From positions 167,266,018 through 167,330,017 of the forward strand of contig NC_083401.1 of the NCBI RefSeq assembly GCF_020745735.1: 64,000 nt of DNA. Reading direction: 5' to 3'. This DNA comes from Hemiscyllium ocellatum. Lineage: Eukaryota. Positions 1 through 11,230 of the stretch are shown piece after piece. How positions within the stretch are numbered: the first letter of the stretch is position 1; each line of letters begins with the position of its first letter. The notes under the pieces were generated by a model, which worked only from the letters and a program-made list of their open reading frames with translations, ran no database searches and was not told where the DNA came from. Both the position numbers and the translations under genes were made by a program.

Positions 1-59
1 TGTGGTGAGCCATCAGAATCTGCCAACTCCGCTGAGAGATTCTATTCACAAGGAGAAAG
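1..59 (+). pseudogene. IGHM: IgM heavy chain CH3 exon, 3' end (truncated by window start)
   Basis: Frame from base 2 reads VVSHQNLPTPLRDSIHKEK, like the shark mu CH3 C-terminus. It ends at a phase-1 donor, AAA G|GTGAG (GT at 60-61). Confidence 0.9.
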
Positions 60-515
60 GTGAGCAGTGAGGTAAAAGCATAAATGATCCCATGTGTAAT
101 TTAGATCCAGGTACATCAATGGCAGGCTTCGGTTGGTAATGAGAAAGCACTGTTGAGAGCATTAGTGATACATCTGATGGGAAGACCGCTAAGTAGCTGA
201 TTAAGAAAAAAGATGTATGAAAGGATATTCTATTCTGATTAGGTGAGATGAGGTGGGAAGAAGCCTGGTTTGTGATGTAACCACCAGCAATGATAAATGG
301 ACAGAATGTCCTTGTGGGCTGGAAACATAGAGGCGACTTGCAAATTAAACTTTTTACTTCTGTTACTGAATAGAATGGATAGCATTCTGCCCCTTTGGAA
401 AATGAATGTGAATAAATACCAAATCAAAAATGGCATATTTTAATATTTAGTGAAATTGCAATATTGATTCTGGAATTTTATTAATTGATTTGTAATTCTA
501 TCAAATATTCTGCAG

Positions 516-845
516 CTATAAATCCGCTGCAGCCATTAGTGTCTGTCCTCCTGCCACCAACAGAAGAAATCTCTGCACAGAGGTTTCTCTACCTCACCTG
601 TTTAGTGAGAGGTTTCTCCCCCCGAAAGATCTTCATCAAGTGGACAAACAAAGACAAGGTGGTGATTCCCATTAGCTACAAGAACACCGAGGTGATGGCA
701 GAGAGCAACAACACTTGCTTCTTCATGTACAGCCTATTATCCATGACTGCAGAGGAGTGGGCCAGAGGTGCTTCTTATGCTTGAGTGGTGGGACATGGAG
801 CGATCCCATGGAAGATCATCAACAGAACAGTTGATAGACCTAGTG
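516..845 (+). pseudogene. IGHM: IgM heavy chain CH4 exon with premature stop
   Basis: Acceptor TGCAG at 511-515, phase 1. Translation ...[35 protein letters not shown]...YKNTEVMAE...[30 protein letters not shown] matches shark mu CH4. TGA at 782-784 replaces the conserved Cys. Internal membrane-form donor G|GTAAA at 845/846. Confidence 0.95.
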
Positions 846-906
846 GTAAACCGAGTTTTGTGAACATTTCACTTGCACTGATGGAAGTGTTAATTCATGT
901 CAATAA
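846..906 (+). pseudogene. IGHM: IgM secretory tailpiece, frameshifted
   Basis: Reads [13 protein letters not shown], then ATG GA AGT GTT AAT TCA TGT CAA TAA. The expected ...VNSCQ* (stop 904-906) is present but one base out of frame. Confidence 0.9.
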
Positions 907-947
907 AATCCCAAAGTAGCATTTAATAATTCAACAAAAGTAATAAA
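902..947 (+). terminator. Poly(A) signals for secretory mu mRNA (AATAAA at 902-907 and 942-947)
   Basis: Two AATAAA hexamers directly after the secretory tail, followed by T-rich sequence. Confidence 0.6.
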
Positions 948-2059
948 GATATTTTCCTTCAATTGTGAGTTAAATACACAATCGCTGAATTAATTATTTC
1001 CCACTCTTACTTATATTCCACCTGTGTAGTTGAAGTGGATAATTAACAGGTGTGGGATGCACACTTGTGCAGTCAATGTTCCCTGCTCAGACAAACCCTG
1101 GGTCAGAGACAGAGTAATGCTCACTGATTGCAGAATTCTGCCAAGTACCTTATCCATCCTAAATATCACTGTGATGAAATCTGACAACGTCCATTTTATG
1201 TCAAGGGTAGACCGTGAATTTTGAATTTGGTGTTCCTGATTCCTCGATTGGCCTTTCTTACAAAATTCGTGTCAGTTTTAAACTGCCACATTGCACCAAA
1301 TGGAAATTTAAAATGAAGAGACGTTTAAAATTACGTTTGATTGGAACATACAAATCGTAAAGAGTGCAGAGCAGTTTGAATTTAGCCTTTTTTTCTGGCG
1401 AACTACAAGGACCATGCACTAGCGCACTAGTTGGCAGAATGTTTCTTCCCTTTCACCAAAGAGAACTGACAGATAAGTTGTTGTTGAGCAGAGGGAAGAG
1501 GAGAGGGGAATGGTGAACGGCCTGTACTCTTACTCTAAGTGCAATGCTTTCACGGTAGAGGTCCTCTGTAACATAACCCAGTTACTAACAGGAACAGTCA
1601 GCTTCTTGCTTACTGCCAGAAGATTAAACATTTCCATGCAAAATAATACCTTTGAAGCATGTTGGATACACTTGACCCTGTTAATCATTTGTTAACATTG
1701 ACTCCCCATAATCCCAAACTGGTTTTTGCATCATCCCAGTTGGCATTCCATAATCTTATCTCTGTTTTCTGGAGCATATGGTATCAATTCTGGTATTCAA
1801 ACACCTGATGTCATTTTGTTTCACATGCAGAACATTAATACTCATATTCAGAAATGTTATTATACATCTCTGGAGCAGTGGGGATTTGAAGTCAGGCCTT
1901 TTGTCTCAGAGACAGAAATTCTATCAGTGCAATAGAGGAGTTGCTCATAAAAAGTTTATCTCTCCATGACGATGAGAAATATTTCTTACAACATTAAGGT
2001 CAGAATCATGGGCAATCCATAAAATTAGAACAATAATAAAAATTACAGTCTGGTACAAG

Positions 2060-2400
2060 AGAAGTAGCACACGCAGATGCAAAGAGATGCTCACAAATAC
2101 ACATGTAAAGACACATATACAGACTCTCTCCTAAAGACATATTTATGCACACACACAAATGTTTGTATAGATAAGCTGTCACACATGCATACATGTACAG
2201 AGCCACGCAGGCAAATGGTACTTTGAACATTTGTCTAAGCTCTTACAAAAACTCACATATAGCAAAAAAAAGCACATACACAAATGAACAGGGGTTCCCA
2301 CACATAACCATGAAACACACACACACACACACACGGTAACACACAAATGGACACAAATACATATACATTCAAACAACACAATGCATACAGACATACATAA
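2060..2400. repeat. Degenerate (CA)n-rich low-complexity tract
   Basis: Visible ACAC/ATAC-rich sequence. It resumes after the CR1 insertion at about 4030. Confidence 0.8.
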
Positions 2401-4030
2401 AGTCATAACGTCATAGCGATGTACAGCAAGGAAACAGACTCCTCAGTCCAACCCGTCCATGCCGACCAGATATCCCAACCCAATCTAGTCCCACCTGCCA
2501 GCACATGGCCCATATCCCTCCAAACCCTTCCTATTCATATACTCATCCAAATGCCTCTTAAATGTTGCAATTGTACCAGCCTACACCACTTCCTCTGGCA
2601 GCGCATTCCACACACGTACCACCCTCTGTGTGAAAAAGTTGCCCCGTAGGTCTCTTTTATATCTTTCCTCTCTCACCCTAAACCTATGCCCTCTAGTTCT
2701 GGACTCCCCGGCCCCAGGGAAAATAATTTGCCTATTTACTCTATTCATGCCCCTCATAATTTTGTAAACCTCTATAAGGTCACCCCTCAGCCTCCGCCGC
2801 TCCGGGAAAAACAGCCCCAACCTGTTCAACCTCTCCCTTTCACTCAAATCCTCCAACCCTGGCAACATCCTTATAAATCTTTTTTGAACCCTTTCAAGTT
2901 TCACAACATCTTTCCGATAGGAAGGAGACCAGAATTGCACGCAATATTCCAACAGTGGCCTAACCACTGTCCTGTACAGCCGCAACATGATCTCCCAATG
3001 CCTGTACTCAATACTCTGACCAATAAAGGAAAGCATACCAAACGCCTTCTTCACTATCCTACCTACCTTTCAAGGAGCTATGCACCTGCACTTCAAGGTC
3101 TTTTTGTTAAGCAACACTCCATGGGACCTTACCATTAAGTATATTAGTCCTGCTGAGATTTGCTTTCCCAAAATGGAGCACCTCGCATTTATCTGAATTA
3201 AATTCCATCTGCCACCTCTCAGCCCATTACCTCATCTGATCAAGATCCTGTTGTTATCTGAGGTAACCCTCTTTGCTGTCCACTACACCTTCAATTTTGG
3301 TGTCATCTGCAATCTTGCTAACTGTACCTCTTATGCTCGCCTCCAAATCATTTATTTAAATGACAAAAAGTAGAGGGCCCAGCACAGATCCTTGCAGCAC
3401 TCCAGTCGGAAAACAATTCTGTACCACCACCCTCTGTCTTCTATCTCTGAGCCAGTCCTATATCCAAATGGCTATTTCTCCCTGTATTCCATGAAATCTA
3501 ACGTTGCTAAACAGTCTCCTATGGGGAACTTTGTCGAAAGCCTTACTGAAGTCCATATAGTTCACATCTACCTCTCTGTCCTCATCAATCCTTTTTGCTT
3601 TTTCCTCAAAAAACTCAATCAAGTTTGTGAGACATGATTTCCAATGCACAAAACTATGTTGACTCTCCCTAATCAATCCTTACCTTCCCAAATACTTGTA
3701 CATCCTGTCCCTCAGGATTCCCTTCAACAACATGCCCACCACCGATGTCAGGTTCACTGGTCTATAGTTCCCTGATTTGTCCTTACCACCCTTCTTAAAC
3801 AGTGGCACCACGTTAGCTAACTACCTGTATTCCAGCACCTCACCTGTGACTATCGATGATACAAATATCTCAACAAGAGCCCCAGCAATCACTTTTCTAG
3901 CTTCCCACAGAGTTGTCGGATACACCTGAGCACGTTCTGGTGATTCATCCTCCTTGACCCGTTGCAAAACATCCAGCACTTCCTCCTCTGTAATATGGAA
4001 ATTTTGCAAAATGTCACCATCCATTTCCCT
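2401..4030 (-). mobile_element. CR1-clade LINE, 5'-truncated (RT region to 3' tail)
   Basis: Minus-strand ORF remnants SCLTNLIEFFE...DFSKAFDKVPH and RPLLEYCVQFWSP...ERRRLRGDLIEVYKIM. CTATGAC-type tail at the left end. Confidence 0.92.
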
Positions 4031-5010
4031 TCAGTCATGCATGAACACACAGATACAACATCTGAAAAAATGTCCTCCCACATGTTGACTCACACATGCA
4101 CATACGTGCACAGAGATAAAAATTAATGCCATTATTTTCGCATTTTCATAATCACACACATATAATGACAGAGACAGCCTTAATTATTTATTTTAAACCA
4201 CATTGATCAACACTAATACACAGTCACACATACACACAAAGTCAGAGGTAAAAACAATGACTGCAGATGCTGGAAACCAGACTCTGGACTAGTGGTGCTA
4301 GAAGAGCACAGCAGTTCAGGCAACAGCCAAAGTGCAGCAAAATCGACGTTTCGGGCAAAAGCTCTTCATCAGGAATAAATGCACCACTAGACACAAAGTC
4401 AGAGTCTCACACGCAGACACGCAAGTGCATAGATCAATAAATAGTGGGGCATTTATTATACAAGGATAATGGCACAAACATCAGCAAGCATCCACACAGA
4501 GTAACACAAACCAGCTTATCAGGAGATAGTTTAGGATAGATTGCCCACACAATGAGACATCATCACATAAATATAAACATCCATCAAAACATGACGTTGC
4601 ATACTAACATTTATTCAGCACAAACATGAAAATAACCTAGTGCAGGTAGGATCGGGAATAGACACATAAACACAGATTTTAGAGAGCACTAATGAAAATT
4701 GAACACTGACAAAAACATTACAAGATAAACATTGGCATCAACGAAGTGTCATATCAGCATAATAATGCTTACACATTTTGAAATGAACAAAATGTACATA
4801 CACAAATACGTGAGCACACCAGCAGTAAAGGAACATGAATATGTTTATTCGTGCACATACTCCAACATGGGCAAGAGTGAACTCAGAGACACTCATAACT
4901 ACATGCACAAACATTAAAGCAAAACCATATGCACCAAGCAGCAGATCAAATAAATTAAAGGACACATGCACAAAAACTTAATCCTAAACATGCACATCCA
5001 ACAAACAAAA
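4030..5010. repeat. Degenerate CA/AC-rich low-complexity tract
   Basis: Continuation of the 2060-2400 tract, with strong A/C strand bias. Confidence 0.7.
4248..4390 (-). mobile_element. Short Penelope-like 3'-terminal insertion with hammerhead motif and 14-bp TSD
   Basis: ACACAAAGTCAGAG at 4234-4247 and 4391-4404. Minus strand 4341-4376 reads ATTC CTGATGA AGAGC TTTT GCCC GAAACGTC GATT. Confidence 0.85.
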
Positions 5011-5475
5011 ATATGAAGCAATTTTTTTACTGTGGATCTAACTGCTATTCATGATTTGCCAAGCAATTGGTCACCAATAAATAAAGATGAGAATCATGTT
5101 TGAAATTTTATCCAGTGATGGCCACAATTTTCAACTGAACTGTTGTCACAGCCTATATTTAAAATATAATGATATAATTAAAGTAACCTTTCCTAATAAG
5201 CATTCCTCAAATAATAATATCCTCCAATAATAGATAAAAAAAAATTTAACATGTTCAGACACGTACAATGAAGAAAGAACATGTGCAGTTAGTATTAGCA
5301 AGTTTTTGCTGAGAGTCAATAATTCACTAATGGATACAGATAGAAAGTCACATTTGAGAAATACTTGATTGCTTTAGGAAGATGTAATGGTCTCTAATTA
5401 CATTACTTGGATGCAGAAAGGTCGGACTGGATCAATAAACTATGTAAATGCGTTCTATCGGCTTTATATTTGTAG

Positions 5476-5603
5476 ATTCAATAGATCGCACTTGGATTGA
5501 AGTCTATGAGGATGATAACGGCAACATCTGGACAACTGCTTTCACATTCATCACCTTCTTCTTCCTGAGTATTTTCTACAGCGCTGCCATCACTTTGGTG
5601 AAG
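5476..5603 (+). pseudogene. IGHM: IgM TM1 exon (frame intact)
   Basis: Acceptor TGTAG at 5471-5475, phase 1. Reads (D)SIDRTWIEVYEDDNGNIWTTAFTFITFFFLSIFYSAAITLVK, the Ig transmembrane motif. Donor AAG|GTGAG. Confidence 0.95.
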
Positions 5604-5742
5604 GTGAGATAATCATATCCTTCTCACGCTAAGCAGCCCAAAATGTATTGTAAAATCTCTAAGTGTGCCATTGAATAAAAATTAAAACCTGAATGCCCCT
5701 GATCATAAACATTTGCATCATAACTTTCTGTCTCTTTTCCAG

Positions 5743-5751
5743 GTTAAGTGA
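5743..5751 (+). pseudogene. IGHM: IgM TM2 exon (VK-stop)
   Basis: Polypyrimidine tract plus CCAG acceptor, then GTT AAG TGA, giving the canonical KVK cytoplasmic tail. Confidence 0.92.
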
Positions 5752-6503
5752 ATGAGTCGTGGACCCCTGTGAATTTTCCTCATCTGCTTATCAACGCTTC
5801 TGAATTCACAATCTACAATCTGTCCTGTTTCTGATTCTAGTGGTGAGGTAACTTTAGTTTATCAATGTGTAACTGAGACAATTATTGATGGATTTTGTTT
5901 TTTACTTTGATATCGTTACAATGATTGTGGTTAGAAGAATTTGTAACTTCTGAGTTGTTCAAAACCCATTTGTTTTGTTTTATTTGTTCCTTATTCAGAA
6001 TGGTTGCCTATCTTTTATGATGAGCCTTTGATTTCTCTTTCCGGTGACAGTTGACACATGTACACAAAAATTCACAGCTCAGAGCGCATGCGTCCCCATC
6101 TCAATGTGGCATCCATATATTCACTTCTGTTAACTTTAACATAAACACTTCGATAAAAAATGGTTTCTGAAATGGTTCATAAATCTTGAATGAATATGCA
6201 CTAACCTTGAGTTTGCTTAATTATTTCTTCAAGGCCAGTCAGTAATAATATATTTTCCCATGTCCCACTCCCTTCTCAGCCAAATACCTTTCACCTGTTC
6301 TGTTTGGTTGTGTTTCATCCAGTCCTTCAGGTTAATGCTGCGCTACCATGCAACTCACTAACATAAATGCATCTTTCATATGGTATGCCTTATGGAAGAC
6401 TCCAGAGGCAGAATGATTAGAGAGCATTTCCTCTTATGCACTAAGGGTCACGACATTGGGTCACGTAATGATACAAATGAGTAGCTTTGCTCCACCAGAA
6501 ACA

Positions 6504-6510
6504 TATAAAA
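6504..6510 (+). promoter_or_regulatory. Possible TATA box (TATAAAA) of an unidentified downstream unit
   Basis: TATAAAA preceded by two GGGTCACG motifs. No recognisable ORF follows. Confidence 0.25.
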
Positions 6511-7949
6511 GACAGGCAATGGAGTTTGAAACTTTACTCTACACTGTCTAAACTAAAAGTACTCCCAATGTCGTGACAGCCTGGGTCAGTAATGCATAAA
6601 TCGTCACCAAAAACACCCAACAAAACAATCAGTCAAAGATGTCAACATTGAGTCAGGTATTCAGACACAACACGTACACAATCCAAGGGTGGATTCTCAG
6701 AACTGGAGCTTTTCTCACACATCAATCTCATGAAGCACAAATCCTGGGATCCATTTGACACACCACACTTGTCAAATCCCAGGAAATGAAACTGTGATCT
6801 ATCTGACACAGGGATATTACTGAATAGCAAAAATTCCCACCTTTGTGAGAATTCACACAAAATTCAGTAATATCCTTGCATCTCAAAAATAATAAATCAA
6901 AGGTCGATGTCGATCAGGCAAGGCGGAGCTTAGAATTACTGAAAATATTCAGCCATTGGGATCTATATGATGTAAGATGGAATTGTGAACCAATCATAGC
7001 AAGTGCTCACAGAGCCTGGAAACTATCAGCAGAGGGGAACAGTCCCAATTTCTCAAAGCTGGTGATAACTTTGCATTTTTTCAAAAATGTGGCACCTGAA
7101 ACTGGATGCGATATTCCAGGTGAGACAAGTGATTGTCTTATTTCAATTGAACATAATTGTTTTGTGCTTGTTCTCTTCAGCGTTATTGATGAAGTAGGGT
7201 TTATTTGCTCTTCTGTCCACATGTCATGGTACATTCCCTGATTTGTGCAGAAATACACAGAGGAGGCTATGCTCCTGCACCCCATTTGGCTTTACACCCC
7301 TACTATTGTATGTTCCCCTGAGTTCATCACAAAACAAAGAAGCACGTCACACCTCCCTGAGACTGTAATCAATCTGACATTCTGATATTAATGAATAACA
7401 ATCTTCAAAGATTATAAATCACAGGTCGATTTCGATCAGGGAAAGCAGAGATCAGAAATATTGGAAACCCTGCTGCTGTCCATGTCATTTCCCACAAACT
7501 CTCTGTAAAATTTTGAAGCTCTATCCTGCTTTTCCAATATCCTTAAATTGCTATTAACATTTTTCTGTAATTTTGCCTTATGGGACAAAGCACAGGTTGA
7601 AACATCAAGGACTCCGAACACTGAATTCTGAGAATGCACACAATAAGACAACCTACATTCTGAAACAGCAAATACCCGTGAACAAGTGGTTGACAAGTCC
7701 AAAGCACCGGGTAAGATGAACTTGAATTAATCAAAATAATAGGGAAATACTCTGAACGTACAGCTGCATAGGCAAGACCTTAGCAGAGAGAATGGAGTTC
7801 ATATTTTTTTTAATGAATGTTTATATCCGGAATTTTCCTTCCACACAAAGTAACTTTTTATTTCCCATCAGCAAGTCACCAGTGGTATCTTTATTTTCAG
7901 CTACTAACCATCACCAGTAAGTTGAATAATTTATGTTTAGCGTGCAATT

Positions 7950-9100
7950 CACACCATCAAAGGTATGGCAGTTGTAGGAAGGGCTAGAAGGAGCTTGGAA
8001 TCAGTTTTTCTTGTGGTGAAATATTAGTGCTGTTCTAACACAATATATTTCTCAGGATGGTCCAGTAAAGCTATGTGGATGGAACTCAGAAATAAGAAGG
8101 ACATGATTAATTTGATGCAAATGTAATAGTCCTCCCGGAAGTCAGAGTGAAATTGAGGAACAACTATGTTGAGAGATTGCATTTATATGTAAGAATAACA
8201 GGAGTATAATAATAGCTAATATTAACCTTCCAAACATAAAATGGGGCAGCCATAGTCTCAAGAGGTTAGATGATGAGGATTTTGTTAAGAGTTCAAGAAA
8301 ATTTTCTTCATTAATATGTAGATGTAAATATCACTGAAGGAGCAAAACCTGACCTACTCTTGTGATATAAGGCGAGGCAAGTGACTGAAGTGTTAGTAGG
8401 GGAGCAGTTTGGGGCCAGGGATCATAATTTGATTAGTTGCAAAATACCTATAGAAAGGATCGGCATTGCATAAAAGTTAAAGTTCAAAATTGGACAAGGG
8501 CAAATTTTGATAGTATGAGACAAAAACTTTCAAAGGTTGATTGGAGTAGACTGATTAGATTAGATTACTTACAGTATGGAAACAGGCCCTTCAGCCCAAC
8601 AAGTCCACACTGACCCGCCGAAGTGCAACCCACCCATACCCCTACATTTGCCCCTTACCTAACACTACGGGCAATTTAGCATGGCCAATTCACCTGACCC
8701 GCACATCTTTGGACTGTGGGAGGAAACCAGAGCACCCGGAGGAAACCCAAGCAGACACGGGGAGAACTCCACACAGTCAGTCGCCTGAGGCTTTCAGCTA
8801 AAGGGATGACCGGCAAGTGGGAGGCTTTCTGAAGTGAGATAACGAGTGTTCAGAGGCATTAAGTTCCTGTTAGAGTGAAGGTAAGGCTGGTAAGAGGAGG
8901 GAACACCAGAGGAATAAAGATTCCTCTGGATAAGAATACGAACGAGTCATATGTTGACATAGATAAATGAGATCAAGTGAATCTCTTCAAGAGTACTAGA
9001 GGTGTAGTGACATTCTAAAGAGGGAAATGAGGAGCATTGGAAATGGTAGATAATGTTAATGATAATCCTAAAGGATTCTACCAATACATTAAGATCAAAG
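7950..9100 (+). mobile_element. Decayed CR1 ORF2 fragment (endonuclease/tether region), split by an HE1 SINE
   Basis: CR1-like coding remnants (WMELRNKK, GKWEAF) continue on both sides of the SINE at 8553-8790. Confidence 0.75.
8553..8790 (-). mobile_element. HE1-type SINE, 5'-truncated
   Basis: GATTAGATTAGATTACTTACAG tail and a body nearly identical to the full copies at 16811 and 44665. The tRNA-like head is missing. Confidence 0.9.
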
Positions 9101-9104
9101 GAGT

Positions 9105-9535
9105 AGAGGCATAGATATGTACAATATGGAAACAGACCCGTTGATCTCACTCGTCAATGCTGACCAGACATCCTAAACTAATCTAGTCCCATTTGCGAGC
9201 ACTCAGCCCATAGCCCTCTGAATCCCTCCGATTCATATACCTATCCAGGTGCCTGTTAAACGTTGTAATTTCACCAGCCTCCACCACTTCCTCGGGCAGT
9301 TCAGTCCATACACACACCACCCTCTCCATGAAGAAGTTACCGCTTAGGTGTTTTCAACTTTTTCCCCTCTCACCCTAAACCTATACTCTCTTGATCCGGA
9401 TTCTCCAATCCCAGGGAAATGACCTTGTCTGTTTACCTTATCCATGCCCCTCATGACTTTATAAATCTTTAAAAAATCACCCCTCAGCTTCCGATGTTCC
9501 AAAGAAATAAGACCCAGCCTATTCAGCCTCTCCCT
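9105..9535 (-). mobile_element. CR1 3' end fragment
   Basis: Similar to the 3' ends of the CR1 copies at 2401 and 12110. Confidence 0.8.
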
Positions 9536-9849
9536 GCATTAATCTATGGCTGTGAATATGTATCAGCTTAGAGGGATGGCTTCATAAATCATGCTGCATT
9601 TTATATAAATGCTATCATTTTTTATAAATAGCAGATGGTATAAAATTGAGGATGGCGGCTTTTTTTTTTAATTTGATACCAATAGCACAGAAAAGATGTG
9701 GAGAAATAAACTGCAAGAAAAAATTCTGAGGGATTCTGAGGGAACTCAGAAAATTACATCAGTCACTGACAATTTCACCACAGGTTCTAAAGGCATAAAA
9801 ATGCAAAAGAAAAATCTAAGCTTTATCTCTACAGGGGGAGTTTTGAAAG

Positions 9850-10390
9850 AAAGTTCCCCATAAAATTTGGTTGACTATAATTCAGCATATTGCCTGCAGT
9901 TCCAGTTGGCATGTTATAGAATGGATACGGTGGCACAAGACAGAGTGAAGAGAAGGTTTATAAGAATGATACGCAAGTTTCTGGCTGTATATATCACAGA
10001 AGAATTGTCATGCTGTTCACTTCCCTCTTGAGAAGAAGGCTGGTGGTTCGAAAATTATGTAAGGTTTTTCTAAGAAAAGGTACAGAGAAAACATTTTCTC
10101 AATTGGAGTAGAGCACATATTGAGGCTGTCAATATAAGACAGTGCCCCAAGAAATCCAAAAGGGAATTCAGAAGAAACCTCTTCACTGAAAGAATGATGA
10201 GAATAGGGAATATGTGACCACATGAAATGGGTGAAGTCAATAGTTTAGATGTAATTCAAGGAAACCAGGGGAGCACGTGGAACAGAGGGGAATAGAAAAT
10301 GACTATGGTCAGTTTAGATGAAGGACAATGTGAAACAGCTTGAGTGGAACATAAGCACAGGCATGGACTGATTATGCCAAATGGTCTATT
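9850..10390 (+). mobile_element. Old CR1 3' fragment
   Basis: Degenerate match to the CR1 RT C-terminus and 3' UTR (AGAAGGTTTA, GGAATTCAGAAGAAACC motifs). Confidence 0.55.
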
Positions 10391-10585
10391 TCTGCAATCC
10401 TATGTAGAAAATCACCATTGTATGAAAGAAACAGTATATTAACAACATCTAGAGGAATATAAAGTTTTTCCCAAAAAAAGTCTCAAGTGTACAGCAGTGA
10501 ATGTAAATGATTTGAACAAATGGCCACTCTTCGATATTTTCTTGATAGCACTGAAACAGCAGTATTCACAATACTCTTACTAGGA

Positions 10586-11230
10586 GTAGAACATAGAACA
10601 TAGAAAATAGAACATAGAACATAGAACATAAAACATAGAACAATACAGCACAGAACAGGCCCTTCAGCCCATGATGTTGTGCCGACCACCGATCCTCATG
10701 TATGCACCCTCAAATTTCTGTGACCACATGCATGTCCAGGAGTCTCTTAGATGTCCCCATTGACCCTGCCTGCACAACTGCTGCTGGCAACGCATTCCAT
10801 GCTCTAACAACTCTCTGTGTAAAGAATCTGCCTCTGACATCCCCTCTATACTTTCCCCCAACCAGCTTAAAACTATGACCCCTCGTGTTGGTCATTTCTG
10901 CTCTGGGAAATAGTCTCTGGCTATCGACTCTATCTATGCCTCTCATTATCTTGTACACCTCAATTAGGTCCCCTCTTTTCCTTCTTTTCTCCAATGAAAA
11001 AAGTTCGAGCTCAGTCAACCTCTCCTCATAAGATAAGCCCTCCAGTCCAGGCAGCATCCTGATAAACCTCCTCTGAACCCTCTCCAAAGCATCCACATCT
11101 TTCTTATAATAGGGCGACCAGAACTGGACGCAGTAATCCAAGTGCGGTCTAACCAAAGTTTTATAGAGCTGCAACAAGATCTCACGACTCTTGAACTCAA
11201 ACCCCCTGTTAATGAAAGCCAAAACTCCAT
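10586..11230 (-). mobile_element. Young CR1 3' end with (GTTCTAT)n tail
   Basis: The ORF 10710-11270 is CR1 ORF2 C-terminus (LVRPHLDYCVQFWSP...RRKRGDLIEVYKIM). About eight ATAGAAC units at 10586-10645. Confidence 0.93.

Noticed and set aside
6084-6093. NRF1-like GCGCATGCG motif in the TM 3' UTR
   Set aside because: Isolated motif with no CpG-island context.
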